Below, one piece after another: positions 20,824 through 30,096 of a stretch of DNA of 64,000 nt; the stretch's first letter is position 1; each line of letters starts with the position of its first letter. The stretch lies in the NCBI GenBank assembly GCA_024277675.1, contig JAJRUS010000047.1, positions 37,791 through 101,790 of the forward strand, read 5' to 3'. This DNA is from a bacterium. GTDB lineage: Bacteria > SZUA-182 > SZUA-191 > JAJRXT01. The notes under the pieces are model-generated. The model saw only the letters and a list, made by a program, of their open reading frames with translations. It did not search any database and was not told where the DNA came from. Made by a program: the position numbers and the translations under genes.

Positions 20824-20831
20824 AAACGTTA

Positions 20832-20870
20832 AGGGCGGAAGCTGACAAGTGTTCCGCCCTTTTTGTTTTC
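20832..20870 (+). terminator. Rho-independent terminator after tRNA-Gln
   Basis: GGGCGGAAGCTGACAAGTGTTCCGCCC hairpin followed by TTTTTGTTTT. Confidence 0.6.
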
Positions 20871-20930
20871 TATCTTATTATAGTCTTAGTAATTAAATCA
20901 AATACAGAAACGTTGGATATTTTATTGGCT

Positions 20931-21014
20931 GATGTTTCGGCCTGTCCCAAGGCCGAAACCGGAAAGGGAAATCGTCCCTGCTGATATTTTCGGCTTGAGG
21001 ACAAGCCGAAAATA
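20931..21014. repeat. Two related perfect stem-loops sharing a TTTCGGC/GCCGAAA core
   Basis: GTTTCGGCC-TGTCCCAA-GGCCGAAAC, and GATATTTTCGGCTTG-AGGA-CAAGCCGAAAATATC (15-bp perfect stem) followed by ATTTTTT. Confidence 0.5.
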
Positions 21015-21074
21015 TCATTTTTTGATTGTTTTTTGCTGTGCGCAAGAACCTAACCGGACAACGCTGATATTTTA

Positions 21075-21650
21075 TTAATGTTTGGAACTATCCTGAAGGA
21101 TTATCGGGTAATAATATGGATGGGGCCACCAATATGGGTATGAACCAGGAGAATAAGTATAGTTAGGGCTTTCTGAATAGCGGGTATCTTCCCATAAATA
21201 TATACTTTTAACCTCTAAATACGGGTAAGTGTATTTTATTTCATCTAATGGCCGGGTCTCGGCCCCTAAAACCTCCCCGGCTATAGTTACGGTGCGCCCC
21301 GGTTTATAAATCGCTGTATCCAGATATCCCTTATACAGCACTAAAAATCTCCCCCCGGATTTATCCGTATCCTCTGGTATATTATAATAAGCCAGCGGTT
21401 TTTCCAATACTTCTAATTCTGTCCCCTCCTTGGTGTTTTTTGCTTTCAGTATCGTGCCTCCCAGGGCCACCAACTTCCCCTTATAGCTCGTCGGAGATTC
21501 CTCTAGTTCCTTAAAGCTTATACTCTTATCCACTTTCTGGGCCAACTCCTTAGGAATTGCCACAATACAGCCGCAAAACAAGACAATTCCCCACACCAAG
21601 GCCCACCTTAACCCCGGTTTTATATAAATCTGAAATCCGTCTTCATTCAT
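21075..21650 (-). CDS. slp: Slp family outer-membrane lipoprotein
   Basis: 191 aa. Lipobox LFCGC. YKGKLVALGGTI and GRFLVLYKGYLD motifs typical of Slp/YeaY. Confidence 0.6.
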   Translation of the reverse strand: MNEDGFQIYIKPGLRWALVWGIVLFCGCIVAIPKELAQKVDKSISFKELEESPTSYKGKLVALGGTILKAKNTKEGTELEVLEKPLAYYNIPEDTDKSGGRFLVLYKGYLDTAIYKPGRTVTIAGEVLGAETRPLDEIKYTYPYLEVKSIYLWEDTRYSESPNYTYSPGSYPYWWPHPYYYPIILQDSSKH

Positions 21651-21744
21651 TATTAATGCTCCTTAATATTGCCCTATTTGACTATAGCACAAGTTTCTTT
21701 GAATATCCACGGCTATTAAAATATGTCCGGGCATATTATGCAAC

Positions 21745-21764
21745 CATTATTATATGACAGGTGT
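21745..21764. promoter_or_regulatory. Perfect 9-bp inverted repeat TATATGACA-GG-TGTCATATA upstream of slp
   Basis: Palindrome about 95 bp upstream of the slp start codon. Candidate operator. Confidence 0.35.
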
Positions 21765-22254
21765 CATATAAATAACTTTCTGCTATCGACTGTTTCGCTA
21801 AAACCTTTTACTCACAAGCGTATTCCAATTAGCCCCCGGCAATAATTCTGAATCAACCGGAATAGTCGGGTTTACCATCAACTCTTCATTTATAGATAAC
21901 CCAAGTTACCCTGTAGTTAACCGATTTCGAGTTGCATTAAAAGCTGATAAGGGGGTGGATGAGGTGGATATTTCTTATGGTTGCAGCTTCTTCTATTTGA
22001 AAGGGATATCATCTGGTGGGAATAGTGGGACATGCCACATGTATTGTGGTAAAGGATACGATATCGGCAGTAAATGTAATAAATCCTGTCCTGGTTTCAG
22101 GCAAATAAAAACCTTGTCGGTAGCTCCTCACAGAGAGCATTTTTTACAGGAAGTAGTCGATTTTTTATTCCTGTCTATTCCGAGCTGGTTGAATATAAGG
22201 CTGCCTAAAATCAGCAAACCGTAGGGCAGCAAGTATCCTGGTTAATATTTCCCC

Positions 22255-22292
22255 AAAAAAGGCCGGCCTTAAAAAGGCTGGCCTTTTTTGGG
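22255..22292. terminator. Bidirectional rho-independent terminator hairpin
   Basis: AAAAAAGGCCGGCCTTAAAAAGGCTGGCCTTTTTTGGG. Confidence 0.6.
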
Positions 22293-22361
22293 AGTTGGAT
22301 GCTGTGATAGTGCCCGCCATAAAATTTCCTTACCACCCTGGCCTGAAATATAGTATAATAA

Positions 22362-22853
22362 TTGGGATTTAATCATCATATCATAAAAGGATATGTTAAC
22401 CAGATGAAGGCCTCGGTTCATTTTTATAGTTCATGGTTGTTGGGAGGGATTGTTTATAAATTATCACAATCGGTGGGAATCTCTATGGCGGCATTTTTAA
22501 GTACTATCTTAATAGATATAGATCATGTGTTTGATTTTATAATCTTTTCCGGAGAAAAATTTTCCATTAAGAATATATTCAGTTGGTGTAATCATGGACG
22601 CTGGTAAAGGGTGGCCTTGATTTTTCATTCATATGAGCTTTATTTTTTATTAGGGGTTATAGCCTATTATTTTCCCGCTGAGATAATGACAGGATTAATG
22701 ATTGGAATAGGGGGTCATCTCATATTAGATCAAAGCTGGAATTGTCATCTGCGCAAAGATTATTATTTGTCGCCCTGGTTTTATTTTTTAACCTATCGGA
22801 TTTACGCCGGGTTTCATAAAGATAAATTACGCATTGAATTTGGGAGGCAATAA
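22362..22853 (+). pseudogene. YdjM/DUF457-like membrane-bound metal-dependent hydrolase, interrupted by in-frame TAA at 22608..22610
   Basis: ORFs 22362..22607 and 22611..22853 share one frame and are separated only by TAA. The joined 164-aa product has ILIDIDHVFDF and GGHLILD motifs resembling YdjM family. Matches the family size. Confidence 0.5.
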
Positions 22854-22987
22854 ACCCTTTGATTGTTTAGCAGGCTCCTAATGATCCTGATAGCACATAT
22901 CAACTTATTGCTAAGCTGCTTAAGTATCTTATGGTAATATTATGGATTAACTATTTTAACTGATAAACCAAGGAGGGATTACCCTAT

Positions 22988-23752
22988 ATGGCGGATATTC
23001 TGGATTATAAAATTTATGGCAATGACATGCAGATTGTGGAAATTGAGTTAGACCCTGGCGAGGGTGTGAGAGCGGAAGCGGGAGCCATGGTTTACATGGA
23101 TCAGGGAATCGAGATGCAAACTGCTACTGATGGGGGAATATTTACCGGATTTAAACGAAAGATAACCGGAGAAAGCTTCTTTATCACCACCTTTCTTTAT
23201 CGGTTGTCCGGTAAGGGACATGTGGCTTTCGGGGCGCCTTATCCAGGCAAAATAATTCCGCTTGATCTAAAGGAATTGGGGGGCCGCTTTTTGTGTCAGA
23301 AAGATGCCTTCCTGTGTGCCGCCAGGGATGTTGAAATTGAAGTGGCTTTCACTAAAAAAATTGGCGCCGGTCTGTTCGGCGGTGAGGGTTTCATTCTGCA
23401 ACGGCTGGAAGGCTATGGCCTGGCATTTATCCATGCCGGCGGAACCATCATTCAGAAAAGCCTGGCCGCCAACCAAATTTTGCGGGTAGATACGGGTTGC
23501 CTGGTGGCATTCTCGGCGTCGGTAAATTATGACATTCGGTTTATCGGTGGATTTAAAAATGCACTATTCGGCGGTGAAGGGCTGTTTTTTGCTGAGTTAA
23601 CCGGCCCCGGGCTGGTTTATGTACAAAGCCTGCCTTTCTCACGCCTGGCCGACCGAATTTCTGCCGCATCCCGCTTCCAGCAAAAGGGAGAACAAAGGGG
23701 TATTGCCGGTGTCGGCGCCGGTCTGTTAGGCGGGATTTTGAGCGGCGACTGA
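22988..23752 (+). CDS. AIM24 / TIGR00266 (DUF124) family protein
   Basis: 254 aa. MADILDYKIYGNDMQIVEIELDPGEGVRAEAGAMVYMD N-terminus typical of TIGR00266. Confidence 0.7.
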   Translation: MADILDYKIYGNDMQIVEIELDPGEGVRAEAGAMVYMDQGIEMQTATDGGIFTGFKRKITGESFFITTFLYRLSGKGHVAFGAPYPGKIIPLDLKELGGRFLCQKDAFLCAARDVEIEVAFTKKIGAGLFGGEGFILQRLEGYGLAFIHAGGTIIQKSLAANQILRVDTGCLVAFSASVNYDIRFIGGFKNALFGGEGLFFAELTGPGLVYVQSLPFSRLADRISAASRFQQKGEQRGIAGVGAGLLGGILSGD

Positions 23753-23837
23753 TATTTAAACTAGGCTATTGGCATTATATAGTTTATACTATGTTTTTAT
23801 CAGCTCTATTGAAATAGTCATTGATAATGGGAAGATA

Positions 23838-25250
23838 ATGAGACGTAATTTATTTTTTAGCTATATGTTATTTGGTAGTCTTCTTATCGCAGGTTGTATC
23901 AGCACCCTCAGGTTATATTCCGGTCCAGAATTACCCCGGGATAAAATCGCTAAAGTAATAATAGAATCCCCTTTATTACTATATGCAGTGGACAGGAACC
24001 CCCCATTTTACAATCAGCGGCGAAGTATAGTAGCCTGGGAACTGGAGCTGCTTCCCGGATATCATACAATTACCCTTAAGTATAATTCAAATATCAACGG
24101 CCAATCCCTGTTAACGGAAAAAACTATTCCGGTAAAATTTTTGGCTAAAGCCGGACATACATATCGCGCCATGTCTTCCACTGACTGGAATACAAAGAAT
24201 ACGCAAACTTTTAAGGTCTGGTTTGATGACGAAACGCAGGCAGTTCTTAGCGCAGTTGAGCCTAAACCGAAAGATATTAATTCAGCCTTAATAGAGGCGA
24301 TAAAAAAAGGCGATTTAAATGCCGCCAGAACGCTCATGGAGAAAGGCGCTGATGTAAATAACCGGGATGCGGGTGGTTGGACGCCCTTAATGTATGCGGT
24401 TAGAAATAATCAGAACTATCTCGTACATGTGATGCTGATTAAAGGCGCTGATGTAAACGCAACCACCGAGCTGGGCACGACAGCCTTCATGTTGGCGGCC
24501 GGTACCGGCCAGAAAGATATCTTACAAGCTATGCTGGATAAGGGCGCTGATCTGAATGCAAAAGACAGGGCCGGCTGGACACCCATAATGCTGGCCACCA
24601 GAAACGGTCATGCCGGTATCGTGAAATTTTTGCAGAATAAGGGCGCCGATGTAAATGCAGAAACAGAGACTGGGCTGACCGCCTTTCTCTTGGCGGTAGA
24701 AAAGGGTCGGCTGGAGATTGTAGAAACCCTATTAAATAAAACCGCCGATATTGACCTGGCGCTTGAGGATGGGACAACCCCCTTGATATCTGCGGCCAAA
24801 AGTGGCCATATCGATATTGCCAAGGCCTTGTTAGGTAAGGGCGCCGATGTAAATTTAAAGACTGATGCCGGGGTAACGGCTTTAATGTATGCCGCTAAAG
24901 AGGGCTACACTGACATTGCAGAAGCTATCCTGGCTAAAAATGTCAATATAAATGCAAAAGACAATCACCAGGTAACCGCTTTGATGGAAGCCGCCGCTGG
25001 CGGCCACACTGATATCGTACGGTTACTACTATATAAAGGGGCTGAGGTAAATATCAAAAACAATGACGGTACAACAGCTTTAATGTTGGCAGCAATCGAG
25101 GGTCACACCGCTGTTCTACAGGCACTGCTGGATAAGGGCGCTGATTTAAACCAGCAGGATAACTATGGCCGAACGGCCTTAACCCTGGCGGCCAGGAATC
25201 TCCAAACGGGGGCGGTTATATTGCTTAAAGAGGCTGGAGCAAAAGAATAA
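23838..25250 (+). CDS. Ankyrin-repeat lipoprotein (about 10 ANK repeats)
   Basis: Start moved to the in-frame ATG giving MRRNLFFSYMLFGSLLIAGC (lipobox). Repeated (G)ADVNAKD..G.T(P/A)LM(L/Y)AA...GH motifs. Confidence 0.8.
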   Translation: MRRNLFFSYMLFGSLLIAGCISTLRLYSGPELPRDKIAKVIIESPLLLYAVDRNPPFYNQRRSIVAWELELLPGYHTITLKYNSNINGQSLLTEKTIPVKFLAKAGHTYRAMSSTDWNTKNTQTFKVWFDDETQAVLSAVEPKPKDINSALIEAIKKGDLNAARTLMEKGADVNNRDAGGWTPLMYAVRNNQNYLVHVMLIKGADVNATTELGTTAFMLAAGTGQKDILQAMLDKGADLNAKDRAGWTPIMLATRNGHAGIVKFLQNKGADVNAETETGLTAFLLAVEKGRLEIVETLLNKTADIDLALEDGTTPLISAAKSGHIDIAKALLGKGADVNLKTDAGVTALMYAAKEGYTDIAEAILAKNVNINAKDNHQVTALMEAAAGGHTDIVRLLLYKGAEVNIKNNDGTTALMLAAIEGHTAVLQALLDKGADLNQQDNYGRTALTLAARNLQTGAVILLKEAGAKE

Positions 25251-25258
25251 TTTTTGGG

Positions 25259-25395
25259 TATCTGGGAAAATTGCCCTTTCGTCCAATATCGGCGTTATGC
25301 TAAAAAATTTAATCCTCGGAATATCAACCATAGCCTTGAGTTAAATTTTTCGCAGGCGCTTTATCTTGAACGAAATTTCTAATTTTTCAAGATAC
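25259..25395. repeat. 137-bp TIR element, copy B
   Basis: About 85% identical to 6232..6368, same orientation. Lies 8 bp beyond the stop of the sigma-54 regulator gene. Confidence 0.75.
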
Positions 25396-25402
25396 ACTTT
25401 TA

Positions 25403-26803
25403 TTATAAGTGATATTTCTTGATCTTGCGGTAGAGGGTTTTATAGTCTATTTTAAGTCGTTGGGCCGCCTTAACCTTATTGCCATGTGCCTCTTCTATGG
25501 CCTGTCGTATGGCCTGTTTCTCTACCTGTTCTATGGCAGCCTGGCTTATTTCCTTTAAAGATGTCCGGTTATTATAATTAGCAGCCGGGCTCATATTAGA
25601 CGGCATAAATTGAGATATGGGCGACTGAAACAAATGATAGGGTTGAATAATATCCGGTGAGAGTAATACTGCCCGGCGAATGACGTTTCTCAATTCCCTG
25701 ACGTTTCCCCGCCATTCCTGTTCCGATAGCCAGTTTATGGCTTCTTCAGAAAAACCGTGAAGCTTCTTGCCCAGTTCAGTTGAGGTTTCATGCAGAAATT
25801 TCTTGGCTAAAAGCAGTATATCCTCTTGCCGCTCACGTAGCGGCGGCAGGTAAATAGTAAATTCATTCAATCTATGATATAGGTCTTCCCGTAGATTTTC
25901 TGCGTTAACTTCTTCATCCAGCATAAGGTTTGAAGCGGCAATAATTCTTACATCCACGGTTATGGGTTTATTACCCCCCAAACGATAAAATTGCCGCTCT
26001 TGAAGTACTCGCAACATTTTTCTCTGGGTGCTCAGTGGAATATTGGCTACTTCATCCAGGAACAGCGTACCATCCTGAGCTAATTCAAAATAACCGGCTT
26101 TACTTTGATTAGCGCCCGTAAAGGCTCCTTTTTCATAGCCGAACAACTCGCTTTCGATAAGCGTATCGGGTATGGCGCCGCAATCAACCGGCACAAAAGG
26201 CTTATCTTTTCGAGAACTTTTCCGGTGGATAAAATGAGCCACCAGTTCTTTGCCGGTACCGGTTTCTCCTTGCAAAATCACGGTAAAGTTGGTTTTAGCC
26301 ACTTGTTCCACTTGATAGCTTATTCTCTGTATCTGGTGACTGGTCCCCATCAGTGAAAACAACGATGATTGGTCTCTTAGTTGTTCCCGTAGAAATTCAA
26401 CCTCCTGCTGCAACATAAAGTGATCCAATACCCGTTTAATGGTATACACAATCTGCTCATTGTCAAAGGGTTTGGTGAGAAAATCAGAAGCGCCCGTCTT
26501 TATGGCCTGAACAGAAGAAGGGATATCGCCATGAGCGGTAAGCATAATCACCGGCAACGAATAATTAATCTCCTTAATCTTTTTTAAAGCTTCCATGCCA
26601 TCCATGGTGGGCATCTTTATATCCAACAGCACTATATCGGGGGGCTGTTTTTTAACTTTGCCGATAGCATCGAGGCCATCTACTGCCTGCTGAACTATAA
26701 ACCCTTCGGCTTTCAGAATATTAGCCAGCAACCAGCGCATATCCTGTTCATCATCTACTATTAAAACAGTAGCCGGACAAAGCTTATCTTTCACTCTATT
26801 CAT
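25403..26803 (-). CDS. Sigma-54-dependent two-component response regulator (NtrC family)
   Basis: 466 aa. Receiver (VLIVDDE...LLDIKMP), AAA+ (GETGTGKE, GAFTGA, ESELFGYEKGAFTGA), C-terminal Fis-type HTH. Confidence 0.9.
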   Translation of the reverse strand: MNRVKDKLCPATVLIVDDEQDMRWLLANILKAEGFIVQQAVDGLDAIGKVKKQPPDIVLLDIKMPTMDGMEALKKIKEINYSLPVIMLTAHGDIPSSVQAIKTGASDFLTKPFDNEQIVYTIKRVLDHFMLQQEVEFLREQLRDQSSLFSLMGTSHQIQRISYQVEQVAKTNFTVILQGETGTGKELVAHFIHRKSSRKDKPFVPVDCGAIPDTLIESELFGYEKGAFTGANQSKAGYFELAQDGTLFLDEVANIPLSTQRKMLRVLQERQFYRLGGNKPITVDVRIIAASNLMLDEEVNAENLREDLYHRLNEFTIYLPPLRERQEDILLLAKKFLHETSTELGKKLHGFSEEAINWLSEQEWRGNVRELRNVIRRAVLLSPDIIQPYHLFQSPISQFMPSNMSPAANYNNRTSLKEISQAAIEQVEKQAIRQAIEEAHGNKVKAAQRLKIDYKTLYRKIKKYHL

Positions 26804-26808
26804 CTCCT

Positions 26809-28962
26809 TTATGCTTTTTCTTGAAAAATGGGGAGCGAAATCTTCACCTTAAGCCCCCCTTGAGCCAGATTAAAAGCGGAAATCTTACCCTGATGTTGTT
26901 CCAGAATTCTTTTTGAAATCGATAATCCCAGCCCTACACCCCTGACCCGGGTGGTAAAAAACGGATCAAATATAGAGGCTAAATACTCTTCGGGAATACC
27001 AGGGCCATTATCAATTATATATAAGTTAAGCAGTTGATTTGTCTGGTCTGATTCTGCCGTTATCCGAATTTCTCCCGCTTGGGTCAGCCCCTCGATAGAG
27101 TTAAGGGTTATGTTCATCAATACTTGCTCTAATTGGTTTCTATCACCCATAATAATCGGCATATCAGGCGGATACTCCCGTTTGACCTTGATCCCTTTTT
27201 TGTTTAATTCCGATTTCAATAACAATAACATCTTTTGTACCAGATCACCCATGTTTATGGGCACAAATTTAGTGTTACTCGACGAAGGTCTGGCAAAGTT
27301 CAACAGGGCATTGATTACCTTACTGGCAGCAGATGCATTGCGATTTATGACTAGAAGGTGTTCGGTGATATTAGCCGGAGGGTTTAGGTTTTGTAAACAG
27401 AATTGAGCCGACCCGGCGATAATAGCCAGCGGATTACCTAAATCATGAGCTAAGCCAACCGCAATCTGACCCACTGCCGACATTTTTTCGGAATCTACCA
27501 GAATTTGTTCTTGCTTTTTCTGAGTGGTAATGTTCTGGGTCAGTTCTAATACTTGAATCACCTCGCCGGTATGATCACAAATCGGAGTGGTGGTAATTTG
27601 ATAATAGTGAACCTGTCCATTCTTGTCAAGCCGCAACTCATGTTGTTCAACCCTGTTATGCTCAAAGGTTTTGACTGCCGGACAATTATCACAGATGCGC
27701 TGAAGCCGGTAACAGGTCTCATAGCAATGTGTATCGGTAATGCTTTTGAGAGAACCCACCCGCTGGGTTACATTTTTATTGGCCCAGAGCAGCTTAAAGT
27801 TTTTGTCTATTACAGATAGCTCCGCCCCGATGGCGCTTATGATGTTGTCCAGTTTTTGTTTTTCCTGCTTGATTTCTAAAGTCTGGGCATCCACTTCCTT
27901 TTCCAGTTTGTCGGCATATAAGGCCCGGTTTTCGGCTTGCATCCGTTCTTTGTTGATTCGAAAGATAAAAAAGTTGGTTATCAATAACCCACTGATTACT
28001 GCCAGAGAAAAGAATAGTATTTGATAGAAACTTTTTCGTACCAACTGGGTGACTTCACTGAAAGGGGCTGATATGACTATCATCCAGGTGTGCGGCCCAA
28101 TCTTGATGGGCGAGTAGGCCACCAATTTGTCCTTTTTGCCGGCAGCCAGGTAGCGGCCGTTACCGGCAATTTTTTCTTTCGTTATTTTCCTTTCCATATC
28201 AAAAGAAATGTGGCAGCCAAAGCATTTATCTTTGACTTTAACTATAGATCGATTGATCATTTCAGGGTGTTCGGGGTGGTGTAGTAAAGCCCCATTTCCA
28301 TCTAATAAAAAGGCGTAGCCGGATTTACCCGATTTAATGTGAGAAATGAATTTTGCGATAATCCTGTTCAACGAAATCGCAAATGCCAGCACCTGGGGTT
28401 CGTCAGTCCCGGCTGATATCGCAGCCGGCAATTTAGTGGCTATTAGAAAGGCTTTGGTATTATAGGCTTTATTGCGGGAAATATTAAACTGCTCGAATTG
28501 GAAAATTGCAGAAATTTTAATTTCTCCGGGTTTAATACCGGATATTTTCCCCCAGAATTGCTTTTCCAAATTTTTTGAATAAGCGTCAGCCAGTTTACTC
28601 AGGGTGCGGTCTTCGACCCCGTTTTTCGTTATGCGCCAGACATCAATAACCGCTGTTCCTTGAATGCTGCTATATAATTTAGTTTTAAAATCCTGCTTCC
28701 AGAGCAGATCATCTATGGCGGCCAGTTGCCTCAAATTCCGCTTAAGTGAAGCCAGGTATTCCTCTATACCCGTGGCTGCCTCTTGGGCCAAAATGAGTTG
28801 TTGCCCATTGAATTGGTTAGCCATTTCCTTTTCGGTGGTATAATATATAAACGCTCCAAAGCCGATGGTAAGACAAATAAATATTATTGAAGCTATCCAC
28901 ACTATTCGTTGAATATTGAACTGCTTTTTAGGGAGATTTTTTTTATTCTCAGTCTTTTCCAT
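26809..28962 (-). CDS. Sensor histidine kinase with periplasmic sensor domain carrying a CXXCH heme-c motif and a Cys-rich PAS domain
   Basis: 717 aa. TM helices flanking a ~270-aa periplasmic region containing KCFGCH. Cytoplasmic PAS with CYETCYRLQRICDNCP. HisKA (LAHDLGNPL). HATPase (DNGPGIP...GVGLGLSISK). Confidence 0.85.
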   Translation of the reverse strand: MEKTENKKNLPKKQFNIQRIVWIASIIFICLTIGFGAFIYYTTEKEMANQFNGQQLILAQEAATGIEEYLASLKRNLRQLAAIDDLLWKQDFKTKLYSSIQGTAVIDVWRITKNGVEDRTLSKLADAYSKNLEKQFWGKISGIKPGEIKISAIFQFEQFNISRNKAYNTKAFLIATKLPAAISAGTDEPQVLAFAISLNRIIAKFISHIKSGKSGYAFLLDGNGALLHHPEHPEMINRSIVKVKDKCFGCHISFDMERKITKEKIAGNGRYLAAGKKDKLVAYSPIKIGPHTWMIVISAPFSEVTQLVRKSFYQILFFSLAVISGLLITNFFIFRINKERMQAENRALYADKLEKEVDAQTLEIKQEKQKLDNIISAIGAELSVIDKNFKLLWANKNVTQRVGSLKSITDTHCYETCYRLQRICDNCPAVKTFEHNRVEQHELRLDKNGQVHYYQITTTPICDHTGEVIQVLELTQNITTQKKQEQILVDSEKMSAVGQIAVGLAHDLGNPLAIIAGSAQFCLQNLNPPANITEHLLVINRNASAASKVINALLNFARPSSSNTKFVPINMGDLVQKMLLLLKSELNKKGIKVKREYPPDMPIIMGDRNQLEQVLMNITLNSIEGLTQAGEIRITAESDQTNQLLNLYIIDNGPGIPEEYLASIFDPFFTTRVRGVGLGLSISKRILEQHQGKISAFNLAQGGLKVKISLPIFQEKA

Positions 28963-29221
28963 CGTATATATATACTTCGTCCGCTGTTATATTCAGTTAA
29001 CTACACTACTATCGACAAGCTCTGATTAACCGCAGTCAGCTTGAGGGGGATGATTCCGGTAGCAGGCGGGAGAGCAGCGGGGCCTGGGGTTCGGCAAATG
29101 CGTCTATATAATTTCCTGTACAGGAACAAAAAACACAAAAGCCCCCCGCTTTCCACTACCGGGCAGGCAAATATGAACACAATGCTTTGCTGAATACAGG
29201 CTGCATTTGATGAAAAATTTT

Positions 29222-30022
29222 CTAAGGTACTGATTTGGCACACCTGAAGCCAACATTTTCATCATCGGTAATAGGGGTAAATTTACTACGCATAGTAGTA
29301 AGTGCATCATATTTGGCATCCATAAATGAGCCGCCTCGCAATACGTAACGCTCCTTACCGTAGAACTCATCTTCATGCTTATTACCGGGGTACGGCAGAT
29401 AATTATCGGCGGTCCACTCCCACACATTGCCGGCCATATCATAACAACCGTATGGACTGACCCCCTTAGGGTAACTGCCTACCTTGGTGGTGCCGCGTTT
29501 TCTGGATTTTTCAAAGTTTAATTTCTTCCTGGAGAATTTATTCCCCCAGGGAAACAATCTGCCGTCGGCGCCGCGGGCGGCCTTTTCCCATTCAGCTTCA
29601 GTAGGCAAGCGTTTACCCACCCATTCACAATAAGCCACCGCATTTTCCCAATTAACATACACCACCGGGTGTTTGCCCTTACCCCTGGGCATATCCCCGC
29701 CGGCATCCTCCCAGCTAAGCGGAATCGCCGCCCCGGTAGCCGCTATAAACTTTTTATACTCGTCATTAGTTACTTCGTATTTATCAATATAAACGGCATC
29801 CACATTAACCTTATGTGCCGGGGTAGCGCTGTCATGGTACTTAACCATTCCCCCCAAAGTGCCGACTATTTTTTCCAGCCGGGCCTCATCTATACCCATA
29901 GTAAATTCACCGGCCGGCACCAATACCATTCCAGTTGGAACATCCTCCGCAGCCACGGATTTAATATAAAAAACCAACAAACATATCACTAAAACAACAA
30001 GTTTTTTCTTACTCATAAACAC
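29222..30022 (-). CDS. Secreted formylglycine-generating enzyme (FGE/SUMF1) family protein
   Basis: 266 aa. Signal peptide. VNWENAVAYCEWVGKRLPTEAEWEKAARG...GNVWEWT...GFRCA motifs. Confidence 0.85.
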   Translation of the reverse strand: MFMSKKKLVVLVICLLVFYIKSVAAEDVPTGMVLVPAGEFTMGIDEARLEKIVGTLGGMVKYHDSATPAHKVNVDAVYIDKYEVTNDEYKKFIAATGAAIPLSWEDAGGDMPRGKGKHPVVYVNWENAVAYCEWVGKRLPTEAEWEKAARGADGRLFPWGNKFSRKKLNFEKSRKRGTTKVGSYPKGVSPYGCYDMAGNVWEWTADNYLPYPGNKHEDEFYGKERYVLRGGSFMDAKYDALTTMRSKFTPITDDENVGFRCAKSVP

Positions 30023-30053
30023 CTCCGTTCAGAATATTATAACAAACCGGACA

Positions 30054-30068
30054 GGGGTCATTGACCCC
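30054..30068. promoter_or_regulatory. Perfect palindrome GGGGTCATTGACCCC about 30 bp upstream of the FGE gene start
   Basis: Identical 15-mer at 19832..19846. Degenerate copy at 3082..3096. Overlaps a putative -35/-10 region (TTGTTATAAT downstream). Confidence 0.4.
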
Positions 30069-30096
30069 AGGTTGGATTAACGATGTGGAACCGTAA

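Noticed and set aside
29224-29240. TGGCAC-containing sequence resembling a sigma-54 -24 element on the plus strand
   Set aside because: The -12 region is AAGC rather than TTGC. It points antisense into the FGE gene.
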